A stretch of 64,000 nt of DNA, from contig NC_092006.1 in NCBI RefSeq assembly GCF_044704955.1, positions 4,712,001 through 4,776,000 on the forward strand, read 5' to 3'. The position numbers were made by a program, and so were the translations under genes. A model generated the notes under the pieces. That model ran no database searches, was not told the DNA's origin, and saw only the letters and a program-made list of their open reading frames with translations. Of the stretch, positions 38,621 through 50,829 are shown one piece after another (within the stretch, counting starts at the first letter, position 1; each line of letters opens with the position of its first letter). Source of the stretch: Pristiophorus japonicus (lineage: Eukaryota).

Positions 38621-39319
38621 TATCCCTGCCCCAGGAGGATTGAACTCTGATGCTGGGACTGTCAGCTCAGGGAGGAATGCTTGTCAGCAGGTCTGTGCGA
38701 GGCTGGTGTGAAATGCCGAGCCAATTGTGGTAAGCACGCACTGTGTTTATTAATAAATGTACGATTTGGGCTGCAAAATAGTGCCGAAGCAGAAAGCTCT
38801 GTGTGGGTTTCCTGTTTTTACAGGTAAAGAGATAAAACACACACACACCATCTGTGTTACAGAAGGCACCTCGTCTCTACGCATGTTAGTTTGACCACAC
38901 TTGGAGCACTGCGCACGGTTCTGGTCTCCATCTTTCAAAAGAATATAGAGACACTGGAGCGGGTGTAAACAAGATTCAGAAAGATGACACCAGAACTGAG
39001 AGCGGTGAGACTGATCAGGAAAGGCTCAACAGACTGGGGCACTTTTCTCCAGAAAATTACATAGTATGTACATCACAGAAACAGACCATTCAGCCCCACC
39101 GCTCCGTGCCGGGGTTTATGCTCCACACCAGCCCCTCCCACCCCTCTCCATCTCACCCCATCCCCATATCCTTCTATTCCTTTCTCCCTCATGTGTTTAT
39201 CCAGCCTCCCCTTAAATACATCGATACTATTCGCCTCAACCCCTCCCTGTGGCAGTGAGTTCCACATCTCAGCGCTCTCTGGGTCAAGAAGTTTCTCCTG
39301 AATGCCCCATTGGGTTTAT

Positions 39320-40790
39320 AAGAACATAAGAAACAGGAGCAGGAGTAGGCCATTCGGCCCCTCGAGCCTGCTCTGTCATTTAGTACGATCATGGCTGATC
39401 TGATCATGGACTCAGCTCCACTTCCCTGCCCGCCCCCTTATTCCCTTATCGTTTAAGAAACTGTCTTAAATTTATTCAATGTCCCAGCTTCCACAGCTCT
39501 CTGAGGCAGCAAATTCCACAGATTTACAACCCTCTGAGAGAAGAAATTTCTCCTCATCTCAGTTTTAAATGGGCGGCCCCTTATTCTAAGACCATGCCCC
39601 CTAGTTCTAGTCTCTCCCATCAGTGAAAACATCCTCTCTGCATCCACCTTGTCAAGCCCCCTCATAATCTTATATGTTTCGATAAGATCACCTTTCATTC
39701 TTCTGAATTCCAATGAGTAGAGGCCCAACCTACTCAACCTTTCCTCATAAGTCAACCCCCTCATCCCCGGAATCAACTGAGTGAACCTTCTCTGAACTGC
39801 CTCCAAAGCAAGTATATCCTTTCGTAAATATGGAAACCAAAACTGCACGCAGTACTCCAGGTGTGGCCTCACCAATACCCTGTATAACTGTAGCAAGACT
39901 TCCCTGCTTTTATACTCCATCCCCTTTGCAATAAAGGCCAAGATTCCATTGGTCTTCCTGATCACTTGCTGTACCTGCATACTATCCTTTTGTGTTTCAT
40001 GCACAAGTACCCCCAGGTCCCGCTGTACTGCAGCACTTTGCAATCTTTCTCCATTTAAATAATAACTTGCTCTTTGATTTTTTTCTGCCAAAGTGCATGA
40101 CTTCACACTTTCCAACATTATACTCCATCTGCCAAATTTTTGCCCACTCACTTAGCCTGTCTCTGTCCTTTTGCAGATTTTTTGTGTCCTCCTCACACAT
40201 TGCTTTTCCTCCCATCTTTGTATCATCAGCAAACTTGGCTACGTTACACTCAGTCCCTTCTTCCAAGTCATCAATCTAGATTCCAAGTCGCCAATACAAC
40301 ACTGATCCCTGCGGCACCCCCCCTAGATACAGATTGCCAATCTGAGAATGAACCATTTATCCCGACTCTCTGTTTTCTGTTTGTTAGCCAATCCTCTATC
40401 CATGCTAATATATTGCCCCCAACCCCGTAAACTTTTATCTTGTGCAGTAACCTTTCATGTGGCACCTTGTCAAATGCCTTCTGGAAGTCCAAATACACCA
40501 CATCCACTGGTTCCCCTTTATCCATCTTGTTCATTACATCCTAAAAGAATTCCAGCAAATTTGTCAAACATGACTTCCCCTTCATAAATCCATGCTGACT
40601 CTGCCTGACCCAATTTTGCTTTTCCAAATGTCCTGCTACTGCTTCTTTAATAATGCACTCCAACATTTTCCCGACCACAGATGTTAGGCTAACTGGTCTA
40701 TAGTTTCCTGCTTTTTGTCTGCCTCCTTTTTTAAATAGGGGCGTTACATTTGAAGTTTTCCAATCTGCTGGGACCTCTGCAGAATCCATT
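39320..40790 (-). mobile_element. CR1 LINE fragment (RT domain to 3' end, degraded)
   Basis: GNYRPVSLTS, YLDFQKAFDKVPH and KFADDTK motifs. Confidence 0.9.
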
Positions 40791-43107
40791 TATGAGTGAC
40801 TGTCTTATATCGATGGCCCCCTCGTTCTGGTCTTCTCCCTCAAGTTGGAAGCATCTCTATTGTGAGGCAGAAGTGGATATGATCCATTCAGACTTCCCTA
40901 TAATGGTGGTGAGCACATATTTGAGGTATGGAGAACCCAGATGCAATGAAAATGGGTTAAGAATGTAAAAAAACACAAGATAAGGCCCGAGGACTGTGCA
41001 AGAAACAGACCTGGGAAACATAGACATAGAAACACAGAAAATAGGTGCAGGAGCAGGCCATTCGACCCTTCGAGCCTGCACCACCATTCAATATGATCAT
41101 GGCTGATCATGCAACTTCAGTACCCCATTCCTGCTTTCTCTCCATACCCCCTTGATCCCTTTAGCCGTAAGGGCCACATCTAACTCCTTTTTGAATATAT
41201 CCAACGAACTGGCCTCAACAACTTTCTGTGGTAGAGAATTCCACAGGTTCACAATTCTCTGAGTGAAGAAGTTTCTCCTCATCTCGGTCCTAAATGGCTT
41301 ATCCCTTATCCTTAGACTGTGACCCCTGGTTCTGGACTTCCCCAACATCGGGAATATTCTTCCTGCATCTAGAATTGGCTTCGAAAAGGCGGATCCCAAA
41401 CAATAGTGAGAGTTAATAACTAACTTTACTGCATGCATTTCTGTTCGAACTATAAACGAGGTCAGGTGTAATCGAATAAACAGGGCTCGACGATTTCTGG
41501 AGACTGGGGCAAACCGGGTTCAACTGGGTGCTGTCTGTAATACACGTGTCTTAATTTCCAGAATTATCCAGATAACCAATTATTCACACGAGTGAATCTA
41601 GGTAAATAAGATTAACTCGCAGCACAACTCATTGCAAAATCCGTCATCGCCTTTGAGGATTGATGGAACTTTATGTCAGAATATATGGGTTTAAAAAGAA
41701 CAAGTTATGCCAGAAAGCAGCAGTAAGGGTGTGTTACCAGCTATAATCCGCAAACTCTGTATAAAACGTTGAGGGGGCTTGGAACCAGAAAAGCCAGCGT
41801 GTTGCAGACAATGTGCTGTCCCAGTATGGAGATCTGTGCTCCAATTTATTCTGTCCCAGGCCTCAAATCAGCAAATGGGCGGTTTGGTCACTCCTGGGAA
41901 TCGCCACTTCTATCATCGCGGCATCCCCACCGACACCTGGGAGTCCCTGTGGCCAAAGACCGGTTCGCCCCAAGTGGAGGAAGTGCATCCGGGAGGGCGC
42001 TGAGCACCTCGAGTCTGGTCGCCGAGAGCATGCAGAAACCAAGCGCAGGCAGCGGAAGGAGCGTGCGGCAAACCTGTCCCACCCTCCCCTTACCCTCAAC
42101 CACTGTCTGTCCCACCCGTGACAGGGGACTGTGGCTCTCGTATTGGACTGTTCGGCCACCGAAGGACTCATGCTAAGAGTGGAAGCGAGTCTTCCTCGAT
42201 TCCGAGGGTCTGCCGACGATGATGATTATGTTGTAGGACAGCTCTGTCTTCTACGTCGATGTGTATGCGCGTCGTGCACAACGGTTGATTCACATCCGAA
42301 TCATTGAAAGATTTGTTTGCCAGTGATATCAAGGGCTTTTATTTTGCACTGGAAGTTGAGAATAAATGGACCTGAAACGGGAAGTTCTACTGACAGCACT
42401 GCGGTATGGCGCCGGCTAGCGATGAAATTGATGTTGTGCAACCCCCCCACCAAAGGCCAGTTATCGCACTCAGTACCCCAGGGTGAGAGGTTCCTTGGGT
42501 ATTTGACGATCCGGACATTTCTTTGGCCAGTACCGCGCGGACCCACTAATTCAAGAGGACTGGCGGGTCAGTGCTCAGTTGAAATCTGATATCCCCCACA
42601 CAACAGAGAAATGCAGTTCATTGCAGGGGTCCCGCAAATAACCCATCTTTTAGCACCAGGAGGAGGCCATTCAGCCCCTTGAGCCTGCGGTTCCATTCAG
42701 TTAGCTAATGGGCTGATCTGTATCTTAACCCCATCCACCTGCCTTGGTCCCGTAACCCTGAATACCCTTACCCAACAAATAGCTATCCATCTTAGTTTTG
42801 ACATTTTACAATTGCCCCCCCGCCAGCCTCGACAGCTTTCTGAGGGAGAGAGTTCCACATTGCTACTACCCTTTGTGTGAAGAAGGGCTTCCTGACATCA
42901 ACCCTCAATGGCCTGGCTCTAATTTTAAGGTGACATCCCCTTGTTCTGGACTCCCCCCACCAAGAGGCCATAGTTTCTCTCGATCTACCCCTTCAACTCC
43001 TTCAATCATCTTAAATACTTCAAATAGATCAGTCCTTGATCTTCTATATTCAAGAGAATTCAAGCCTCGTCTATGCAAACGGTCCTCACAATTGAACTCT
43101 TTCCCAT

Positions 43108-43810
43108 AGTGTCAGCTGTGGTTGTGGGTAGCACACTCGTCTCAGAGTCAGAAGGTCATCGGTTCAAGTCCCACTCCAGGAACTTGAGCATATAAATCCA
43201 GGATGGCACTCCCAGTGCAGTGCTGAGGGAGCGCCGCACTGTCGGAGGGGCGGTGCTGAGGGAGCGCCGCACTGTCGGAGGGGCGGTGCTGAGGGAGCGC
43301 TGCACTGTCGGAGGGGCAGTGCTGAGGGAGCGCCGCACTGTCGGAGAGGCGGTACTGAGGGAGTGCCGCACTGTCGGAGGGGCAGTGCTGAGGGCGCGCC
43401 GCACTGTTGGAGGGGCCGTACTGAGGGAGTGCCGCATTGTCATAGGGACGATACTGAGGGAGCGCCGCACTGTTGGAGGTGCTGTCTTTCAGATGAGACA
43501 TTTAAACCGAGGCCCTGTCTGCCCTCTCAAGTGGATGTAAAAGATCCCAAGGCACTATTTCGAAGAAGATTAGGGGAGTTATCTCTGGTTCTTGGCCAAT
43601 ATTTATCCCTCAATCTACAAAGCAGATGATCTGGGTCATTATCACATTGCTGTGTGTGGGAGCTTGCTGTGCGCAAATTCAGCTGCTGCGTTTCTCACAT
43701 TACAACAGTAACTATACTCCAAAAGTACTTCATTGGCTGTAAAGCGCGGTTTGAGACGTCCAGTGGTCATGAAAGGCGCTATATAAATGCAATGGCTTTC
43801 TTCTTTCTAG
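43108..43810 (+). mobile_element. tRNA-derived SINE with a 33-bp internal array
   Basis: tRNA-like head at 43108-43180, 33-bp repeats at 43215-43480, tail gaaaggcgctatataaatgc. Confidence 0.75.
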
Positions 43811-45624
43811 TCCCTGCATAATGTATCTGTTTAAGTCTCAAATGAGGTATTGTATACTGGGATTACTCCAACCCCGGTAGATTTCTCTATTTGAACTAAC
43901 CGGAACTACGCGTGAGTTGGATAAAATTTACCAAAGATATTTGATAGCATTCCATTGCTCCCACAAGTCACACACCACCTCGGGATTTCCGGATCTGCTT
44001 TACAGCCAACGGAGCAACATTTTCAAGTGTGGTCACTGGTGCAATGTCGGGACACGCGGCCAATTTCCGCATAGCAAGCTCCCACAAACTCACGCTTACC
44101 AAAAGAAAATCACTAAACTGGCTGTAAAGCGCGTTGGGACGTCCTGATGTCGTGAAAGGCACTATATAAATTCCCTAAATTAAGAAGTGTGGGTTATAGA
44201 CAGGCCCCAGTCTCTAGAACTTGTTGGTCCCTGTTTACCGATTACACCTAGTTCGAACAGAAATGCACACAGTAAAGTTAGTTATTTATTCTCAATATTG
44301 TTTCCGATCCTCCTTTTCTAAGAGGAGCCAATTCTAGTTCTCGGGTCTGTTTCTTGCACAGTCCTCGGGCCTTATCTTGTGTGTTTTTACATTCTTAGCA
44401 CGTCTACATTACATCTGACTTCTCCATACCTCAAATATGTGCTCACCCCCCACCCCGTTATAGAGAAGGCTGTATGGATCCTATCCACTACCGTCTCACA
44501 ATAGAGATGTTTCCACTTGTGGGAGAGGCTAGATCTAGGGGGCCATCACTATACGACAGTCACCCATAAATCCAATGGGGAATTCAGGAGAAACTTCATC
44601 ACCCAGAAAATGGGGAGAATGTGGAACTCGCTGCCAAAGGGAGGGGTTGAAAATAGGTGCAGGAACAGGCCATTCGGCCCTTTGAACCTGCACCACCATT
44701 CAATATGATCATGGCTGATCATGCAACTTCAGTACCCCATTCCTGCTTTCTCTCCATACCCCCTTGATCCCTTCAGCCGTAAGGACCACATCTAACTCCC
44801 TTTTGAATATATCCAACGAACTGGCCTCAACAACTCTCTGCAGGAGAGACTTCCACAGGTTCAAAATTCTCTGATTGAAGATGTTTCTCCTCATCTCGGT
44901 CCTAGATGGCTTACCCCTTATCCTGAGAGTGTGACCCCTGGTTCTGGACTTCCCCAACATCGGGAACATTCTTCCTGCATCTACCCGGTCCAATCCCGGC
45001 AGAATCTGAGGCGAATAGTATCGATGCATTTAAGGGGAGGCTGGATCAACACATGAGGGAGAAAGTAATAGAAGGATATGGGGATGGGGTGAGATGGAGA
45101 GTGGTGGGAGGGGCTGGTGTGGAGCATAAACCCCGGCACGGAGCGGTGGGGCTGAATGATCTGTTTCTGTGATGTACATTCTCTCTAATTTTCGAGAGAA
45201 AAGTGCCCCAGTCTGTTGAGCCTTTCCTGATCAGTATAACCTCTCTCAATTCTGGTGTCATCTTTCTGAATCTTGTTTACACCCGCTCCAGTGTCTCTAT
45301 ATTCTTTTGAAAAATGGAGACCAGAACCGTGCGCAGTGCTCCAAGTGTGGTCAAACTAACATGCGTAGAGACGAGGTGCCTTCTGTAACACAGATGGTGT
45401 GTGTGTGTTTTATCTCTTTACCTGTAAAAACAGGAAACCCACACAGAGCTTTCTGCCTTGGCACTATTTTGCAGCCCAAATCGTACATTTATTAATAAAC
45501 ACAGTGCGTGCTTACCACAATTGGCTCGGCATTTCACACCAGCCTCACACCGACCTGCTGACAATCATTCCTCCCTGAGCTGCCAGTCTCAGCATCAGAG
45601 TTCAACCCTCCTGGGGCAGTGATA

Positions 45625-45667
45625 ATGAGCTTCTGTGGTCTCTGTGTGCTGTTCCATCTCTTCCAAG
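45625..45667 (+). CDS. Gene D leader exon
   Basis: MSFCGLCVLFHLFQ, then G|gtgaga, phase 1. Confidence 0.82.
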
Positions 45668-45724
45668 GTGAGATAGCCTTCGATGTTTTGCCAGAGTGGG
45701 GAAGGGGTTAGGAGAGAGTAAACC

Positions 45725-47860
45725 AAGGGAAGGGTTTTGGAGCAAATTAATAAGGAAAAGGGTTTTGGAGAGAATTAATAAGGAGAAGGGTTTTGGAGGG
45801 AATTAATAAGGAGAAGGGTTTTGGATAGAATTAATGAGGAGAAGGGTTTTGGAGAGAATTAAAAAGGAGAAGGGTTTTGGAGGGAATTAATAAGGAGAAG
45901 GGTTTTGGAGAGAATTAATGAGGAGAAGGGTTTTGGAGAGAATTAATAAGGAGAAGGGTGTTGGATACAATTAATCAGGAGAAGTGTTTTGGATAGATTT
46001 AATAATGAGAAGGGTTTTGGATAGAATTAATAAGGAGAAGGGTTTTGGAGAGAATTAATAAGGAGAAGAGTTTGGATAGATTTAATAATGAGAAAGGTTT
46101 TGGATAGAATTAATAAGGAGAAGGGTTTTGGAGAGAATTAATAAGGAGAAGGGTTTTGGATAGAATTAATAACGAGAAGGGTTTTGGAGAGAATTAATAA
46201 GGAGAAGGGTTTTGAATAGATTTAATAATGAGAAGGGTTTTGGATAGAATTAATAATGAGAAGGGTTTTGGATAGAATTAATAATGAGAAGAGTTTGGAT
46301 AGATTTAATAATGAGAAAGGTTTTGGATAGAATTAATAAAGAGAAGGGTTTTGGAGAGAATTAATAAGGAGAAGGGTTTTGGATACAATTAATAAGGAGA
46401 AGGGTTTTGGATACAATTAATAAGGAGAAGGGTTTTGGATAGATTTAATAATGAGAAGGGTTTTGGATAGAATTAATAAGGAGAAGGGTTTTGGAGAGAA
46501 TTAATAAGGAGAAGGGTTTTGGAGAGAATTAATAAGGAGAAGGGTTTTGAATAGATTTAATAATGAGAAGGGTTTTGGATAGAATTAATAAGGAGAAGGG
46601 TTTTGGATAGAATTAATAAGGAGAAGGGTTTTGGAGAGAATTAATAAGGAGAAGGGTTTTGGATAGAATTAATCAGGAGAAGGTTTTGGAGAGAATTAAT
46701 AAGGAGAAGGGTTTTGGAGAGAATTAATGAGGGGAAGGTTTTGGAGAGAGTTAATAAGGAGGAGGGTTTTGGAAAGCATTAATAAGGAGAAGGGATTTGG
46801 AGAGAATTAATAAGGAGAAGGGTTTTGGATAGAATTAATAATGAGAAGGTGTTTTGGATAGAATTAATAATGAGAACGGTTTTGGATAGAATTAATAAGG
46901 AGAAGGGTTTTGGAGAGAATTAATAAGGAGAAGGGTTTTGGATAGATTTAATAATGAGAAGGGTTTTGGATAGAATTAATAATGAGAAGGGTTTTGGAGA
47001 GAATTAATAAGGAGAAGGTGTTTTGGATAGAATTAATAATGAGAACGGTTTTGGATAGAATTAATAAGGAGAAGGGTTTTGGAAAGAATTAATAAGGAGA
47101 AGGGTTTTGGAGAGAATTAATAAGGAGAAGGGTTTTGGATAGAATTAATAATGAGAAGGGTTTTGGATAGAATTAATAAGGAGAAGGGTTTTGGAAAGAA
47201 TTAATAAGGAGAAGGGTTTTGGATAGATTTAATAAGGAGAAGGGTTTTGGATAGATTTAATAAGGAGAAGGGTTTTGGATAGAATTAATAATGAGAAGGG
47301 TTTTGGATAGAATTAATAAGGAGAAGGGCTTTGGATAGAATTAATAAGGAGAAGGGTTTTGGAGAGAATTAATAAGGAGAAGGGGTTTGGAGAGAATTAA
47401 TAATGAGAATGGTTTTGGAGAGAATTAATAATGAGAAGGATTTTGGAGAGAATTAATAAGGAGAAGGGTTTTGCAGAGAATTAATAATGAGAAGGGTTTT
47501 GGAGAGAATTAATAATGAGACGGTTTTTGGAGAGAATTAATAAGGAGAAAGGTTTTGGAGAGAATTAATAAGGAGAAGGATTTTGGAGGGAATTAATAAG
47601 AAGAAGGGTTTTGGAGAGAATTAATAAGGAGATGGGTTTTGGAGGGAATTAATAAGGAGATGGGTTTTGGAGAGAATTAATAATGAGAAGGGTTTTGGAG
47701 AGAATTAATAAGGAGAAGCGTTTTGGAGAGAATTAATAAGGAGAAGGGTTTTGGAGAGAATTAATAAGGAGAAGCGTTTTGGAGAGAATTAATAAGGAGA
47801 CGGGTTTTGGAGAGAATTAATAAGGAGAAGGGTTTTGGATAGAATTAATAAGGAGAAGGT
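45725..47860. repeat. 28-bp minisatellite in gene D intron 1 (about 76 copies)
   Basis: Unit GAGAAGGGTTTTGGAGAGAATTAATAAG, the reverse complement of the 37220-38520 array. Confidence 0.95.
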
Positions 47861-48855
47861 TTCCGATCGAGTAAAGAAGGAGAGATTGTTTCCAGTGGGA
47901 GGAGGGTGGGTAAGCAGAGGACACATGTTTGAGATAATCGGTAACAGAACCAGAGGGGGAGTTCAGGACGTGATTTCAAGCCCTGGGAGCTTGTGCTCGG
48001 GAACGCGCTGCCTGAAAGGGGCACTGGGAGCAGATGAAAAAGTGACTTTCAAACGGGGGAATTGGATAAATATTTGGAAAGGAGGCAATATGCCGGGCTG
48101 TGGGGAAAGAGCAGGGGCGGAGTGGGAATGATTGAGTCGCTCTGTCACAGAGCCGGCACAACACAGGTTTGATGGGCCGAATGGCCTCCTGTGTTGCATC
48201 GTTCGATGATACACAAGTTTGCGTTTAACTATAATTTTTTTAAGAAGCAGCTTAGATATTGGGCAAAGTATAAAGGTGTGCGGGCTTCGCTCAATACCGA
48301 TAGCGCGACTTTGGAGCCGAACATTGTGATGGGTGAGTGGAAGCGAATGTGACACTGAACTGCCCCCTAACTGAGATAAAGATGTCAGTGAACTCCGGTA
48401 TTTGAAGGCGAGGGTCTGCCGTTGGGAGAGGGGGGCCTGTCTAGTGGAATTAGTGAGAAAGCTATCGCCCCATTTTAACATAATCAAGCGCCCCCCGGTC
48501 CCCAACCCCTGGAGAGATGGATTGGAGAGCCGGGTTAGACCAGGGGGAAGCATAATCGGTTTGGGAGAAGGCTTTTGCAATCTTAACTGCAGCCAGTCGC
48601 CATGGTGCTCGCCAATGATTGGAGCGGATTTCACAGCGAACGGACTCGGACTGTGCGCCTGTGGGAATTGCGGGCGGAGAGGCGCAATTTAACGGTGCGC
48701 AGCGCGGCGGAATTTCCCACACGCGCTCCCGACGCGCCAGTGGAGGGGAATTTGAGATGTGTTGGTATCCAGGGTGACTCGGGGGCCTATAACCTGTTGT
48801 TAATATTGTGTTTTTTTAATTTTTGTGTCCCCCCCCCCCCGCAACCTTGTCTCAG

Positions 48856-49194
48856 CTGTCGTGTCTCAGGCGGTCTTGAGCCAATTTCCGGCGCTGCTAA
48901 CGGCCGATGTCGGGAGCCTGGTCAAACTGCAATGCCAGACCGGGAGGCTGGCCCCAAGCATCGTTTACTGGTACACACACTGGCACCGAGAGGACATGCG
49001 GCTCGTTTACAAAACCGGACGGTTCGTGACGCCCGGGGGAAGATTTTCCGGCGAGGTATGCAAGCAATCGGGGAATTATTCGCTGGTCATTGACAACGTC
49101 CAGAGGAACGATTCTGGGCGGTATTACTGCGCTGCTCCAAACGCCGGGAATCGGACCCTGATATTCGGGACTGGCACCACGCTGGTGATCACAG
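48856..49194 (+). CDS. Gene D germline-joined VJ exon
   Basis: AVVSQAVLSQFPALLTADVGSLVKLQC..VYWY..DSGRYYCAAPNAGNRTLIFGTGTTLVIT|gtaat. Confidence 0.94.
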
Positions 49195-49285
49195 GTAATC
49201 CCACACGCCCATCCAATTGTGCGTCGAGACACCAATTCAAACCTGCCTTGTGCGCCTGGTTAATTCCAATTTCCCTTCCATCTAG

Positions 49286-49591
49286 CGGGCCCCCCGGTCC
49301 TCTTCCTCTTAACGCCGCCGCCGGCTGAGATTCCCCGGCTGGAGAGGGTGCCCTTGATGTGTCTGGTGCGGGGCGTTGCTCCCGACTCCTCCCCCATCCG
49401 CTGGCTGGTTGCGGGACGGGCCGCCGAGGGACGGAGCGAGCCCGGGACGCTGGAGCCGGACGGGAGCTATACCGCCAGAAGCGTCCTGAGCGTCTCGGCC
49501 GAAACCTGGCGCAGCGGCGCCGTCTGCACGTGCACCGTTCCGATCAACGCCACCGGGGATCTCCTGAGTGAAAGCGTCGCGTCTCCGGGAG
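49286..49591 (+). CDS. Gene D C1-set exon
   Basis: ..VPLMCLVRGVAPDSSPIRWLV..EPDGSYTARSVLSVSAETWRSGAVCTCTVP..; AG/GT ends, phase 1. Confidence 0.92.
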
Positions 49592-50829
49592 GTAACTGGA
49601 GCTACTGGCGGTTTGCCAAATAGTTAGTGATAATAATGTTCATTATAGTATTGCTGGGATGTGAGGGTTTTTTTAGCACGAGAGATTGTGTAGAATGGGC
49701 CTATGTTCTCTGGAGTTTCGTATAAGATTATGAGGGGGCTTGACAAGCTGGATGCAGAGAGGATGTTTCCACTGATGGGGGAGACTAGAACTAGGGGGCA
49801 TAATCTCAGAATAAGGGGCCGCCCATTTAAAACTGAGATGAGGAGGAATTTCTTCTCCGAGGGTTGTAAATCTGTGGAATTCGCTGCCTCAGAGAGCTGT
49901 GGAAGCCGGGACATTGAGTAAATTTACGATAGAAATAGACAGTTTCTTAACTGATAAGTAATTAAGGGGTTATGGGGAGCGGGCAGGGAAGTGGAGCTGA
50001 GTCCATGATCGGATCAGCCATGATCGTATTGAATGGCGGAGCAGGCTCGAGGGGCCGAATGGCCGACTCCTGCTCCTATTTCTTATGTTCTTATGGAGTT
50101 TCGAAGAAGGAGAGGTGATCTCATTGAAACGTACAAGACTCTGAGGGGGATTGACAGGGTGGATGCAGGGAGGGTGTTTCCCCCCGGGGCTGGGGAGTCT
50201 AGAACCAGGGGTCACACAGTCTCAGGGTAAGGGGTTGGCCATTTAAGACTAAGATGGGGAGAACGTTCTTCACTTGCGATTTACTACGTTACAGGCGCTA
50301 TATAAATATAAGTTGTTGTATATTGGGAGCACTAGTATGGAAAAGTAGTATTTTATAAATGACATGAGTTTGGAAAACAGCGAGACAGAGAGAGACCATA
50401 TACACAAACCTGTAAATGTGGGAAGGGCAGGTTGGCGAGCTGGTTAAACTGGCTTACGGGGTACTTGAATTTATATAAGGAGATATTAGAACAGTTGACC
50501 AAAAGCTTGGTCAAAGAGGGAGGTTTTACAGAAGGAGGAGAGGCGGAGAGGTTTAGGGAGAGAGTTCCAGAGCTTGGGGCCCCAGGCAGCTGAAGGCACG
50601 GCCACCAATGGTGGAGCGATAGAAATCGGGGGGAATGCTCAAGAGGCCAGGATTGGAAGAGCGCAGAGATCACAGCCACTTACGTTGAGACAGTTCATAG
50701 TTCGTCACCATGCCTTTGATGATTCGGGCCAAAAACCAGCTTCAAACCCTCAGCGGACGAGGTTTCAGAATTTGACTGAATTATTTTGTGTTTCGCTCAT
50801 TTCACAAGAGTTGTCTTTCTGCCGTTCAG

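Larger units (their letters stand above)
35576..49598. repeat. Large inverted duplication (arms about 35576-41530 and 44170-49598)
   Basis: Leader, satellite, VJ and C1 of genes C and D are near-identical reverse complements; weaker identity continues inward. Confidence 0.9.

Noticed and set aside
43108-43185. tRNA gene
   Set aside because: The tRNA-like A/B boxes are the head of a SINE and continue into the SINE body.
37220-47860. CRISPR-like array (also the 33-, 37- and 38-bp arrays)
   Set aside because: Head-to-tail tandem units with no unique spacers, no cas genes, and a eukaryotic context.
24501-49194. Rearranging TCR or Ig light-chain locus
   Set aside because: V and J are in one exon, and I saw no heptamer/nonamer RSS or separate J/D segments. 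The genes have TM exons and Tyr-motif tails, unlike IgL or TCR. No gene symbol assigned.
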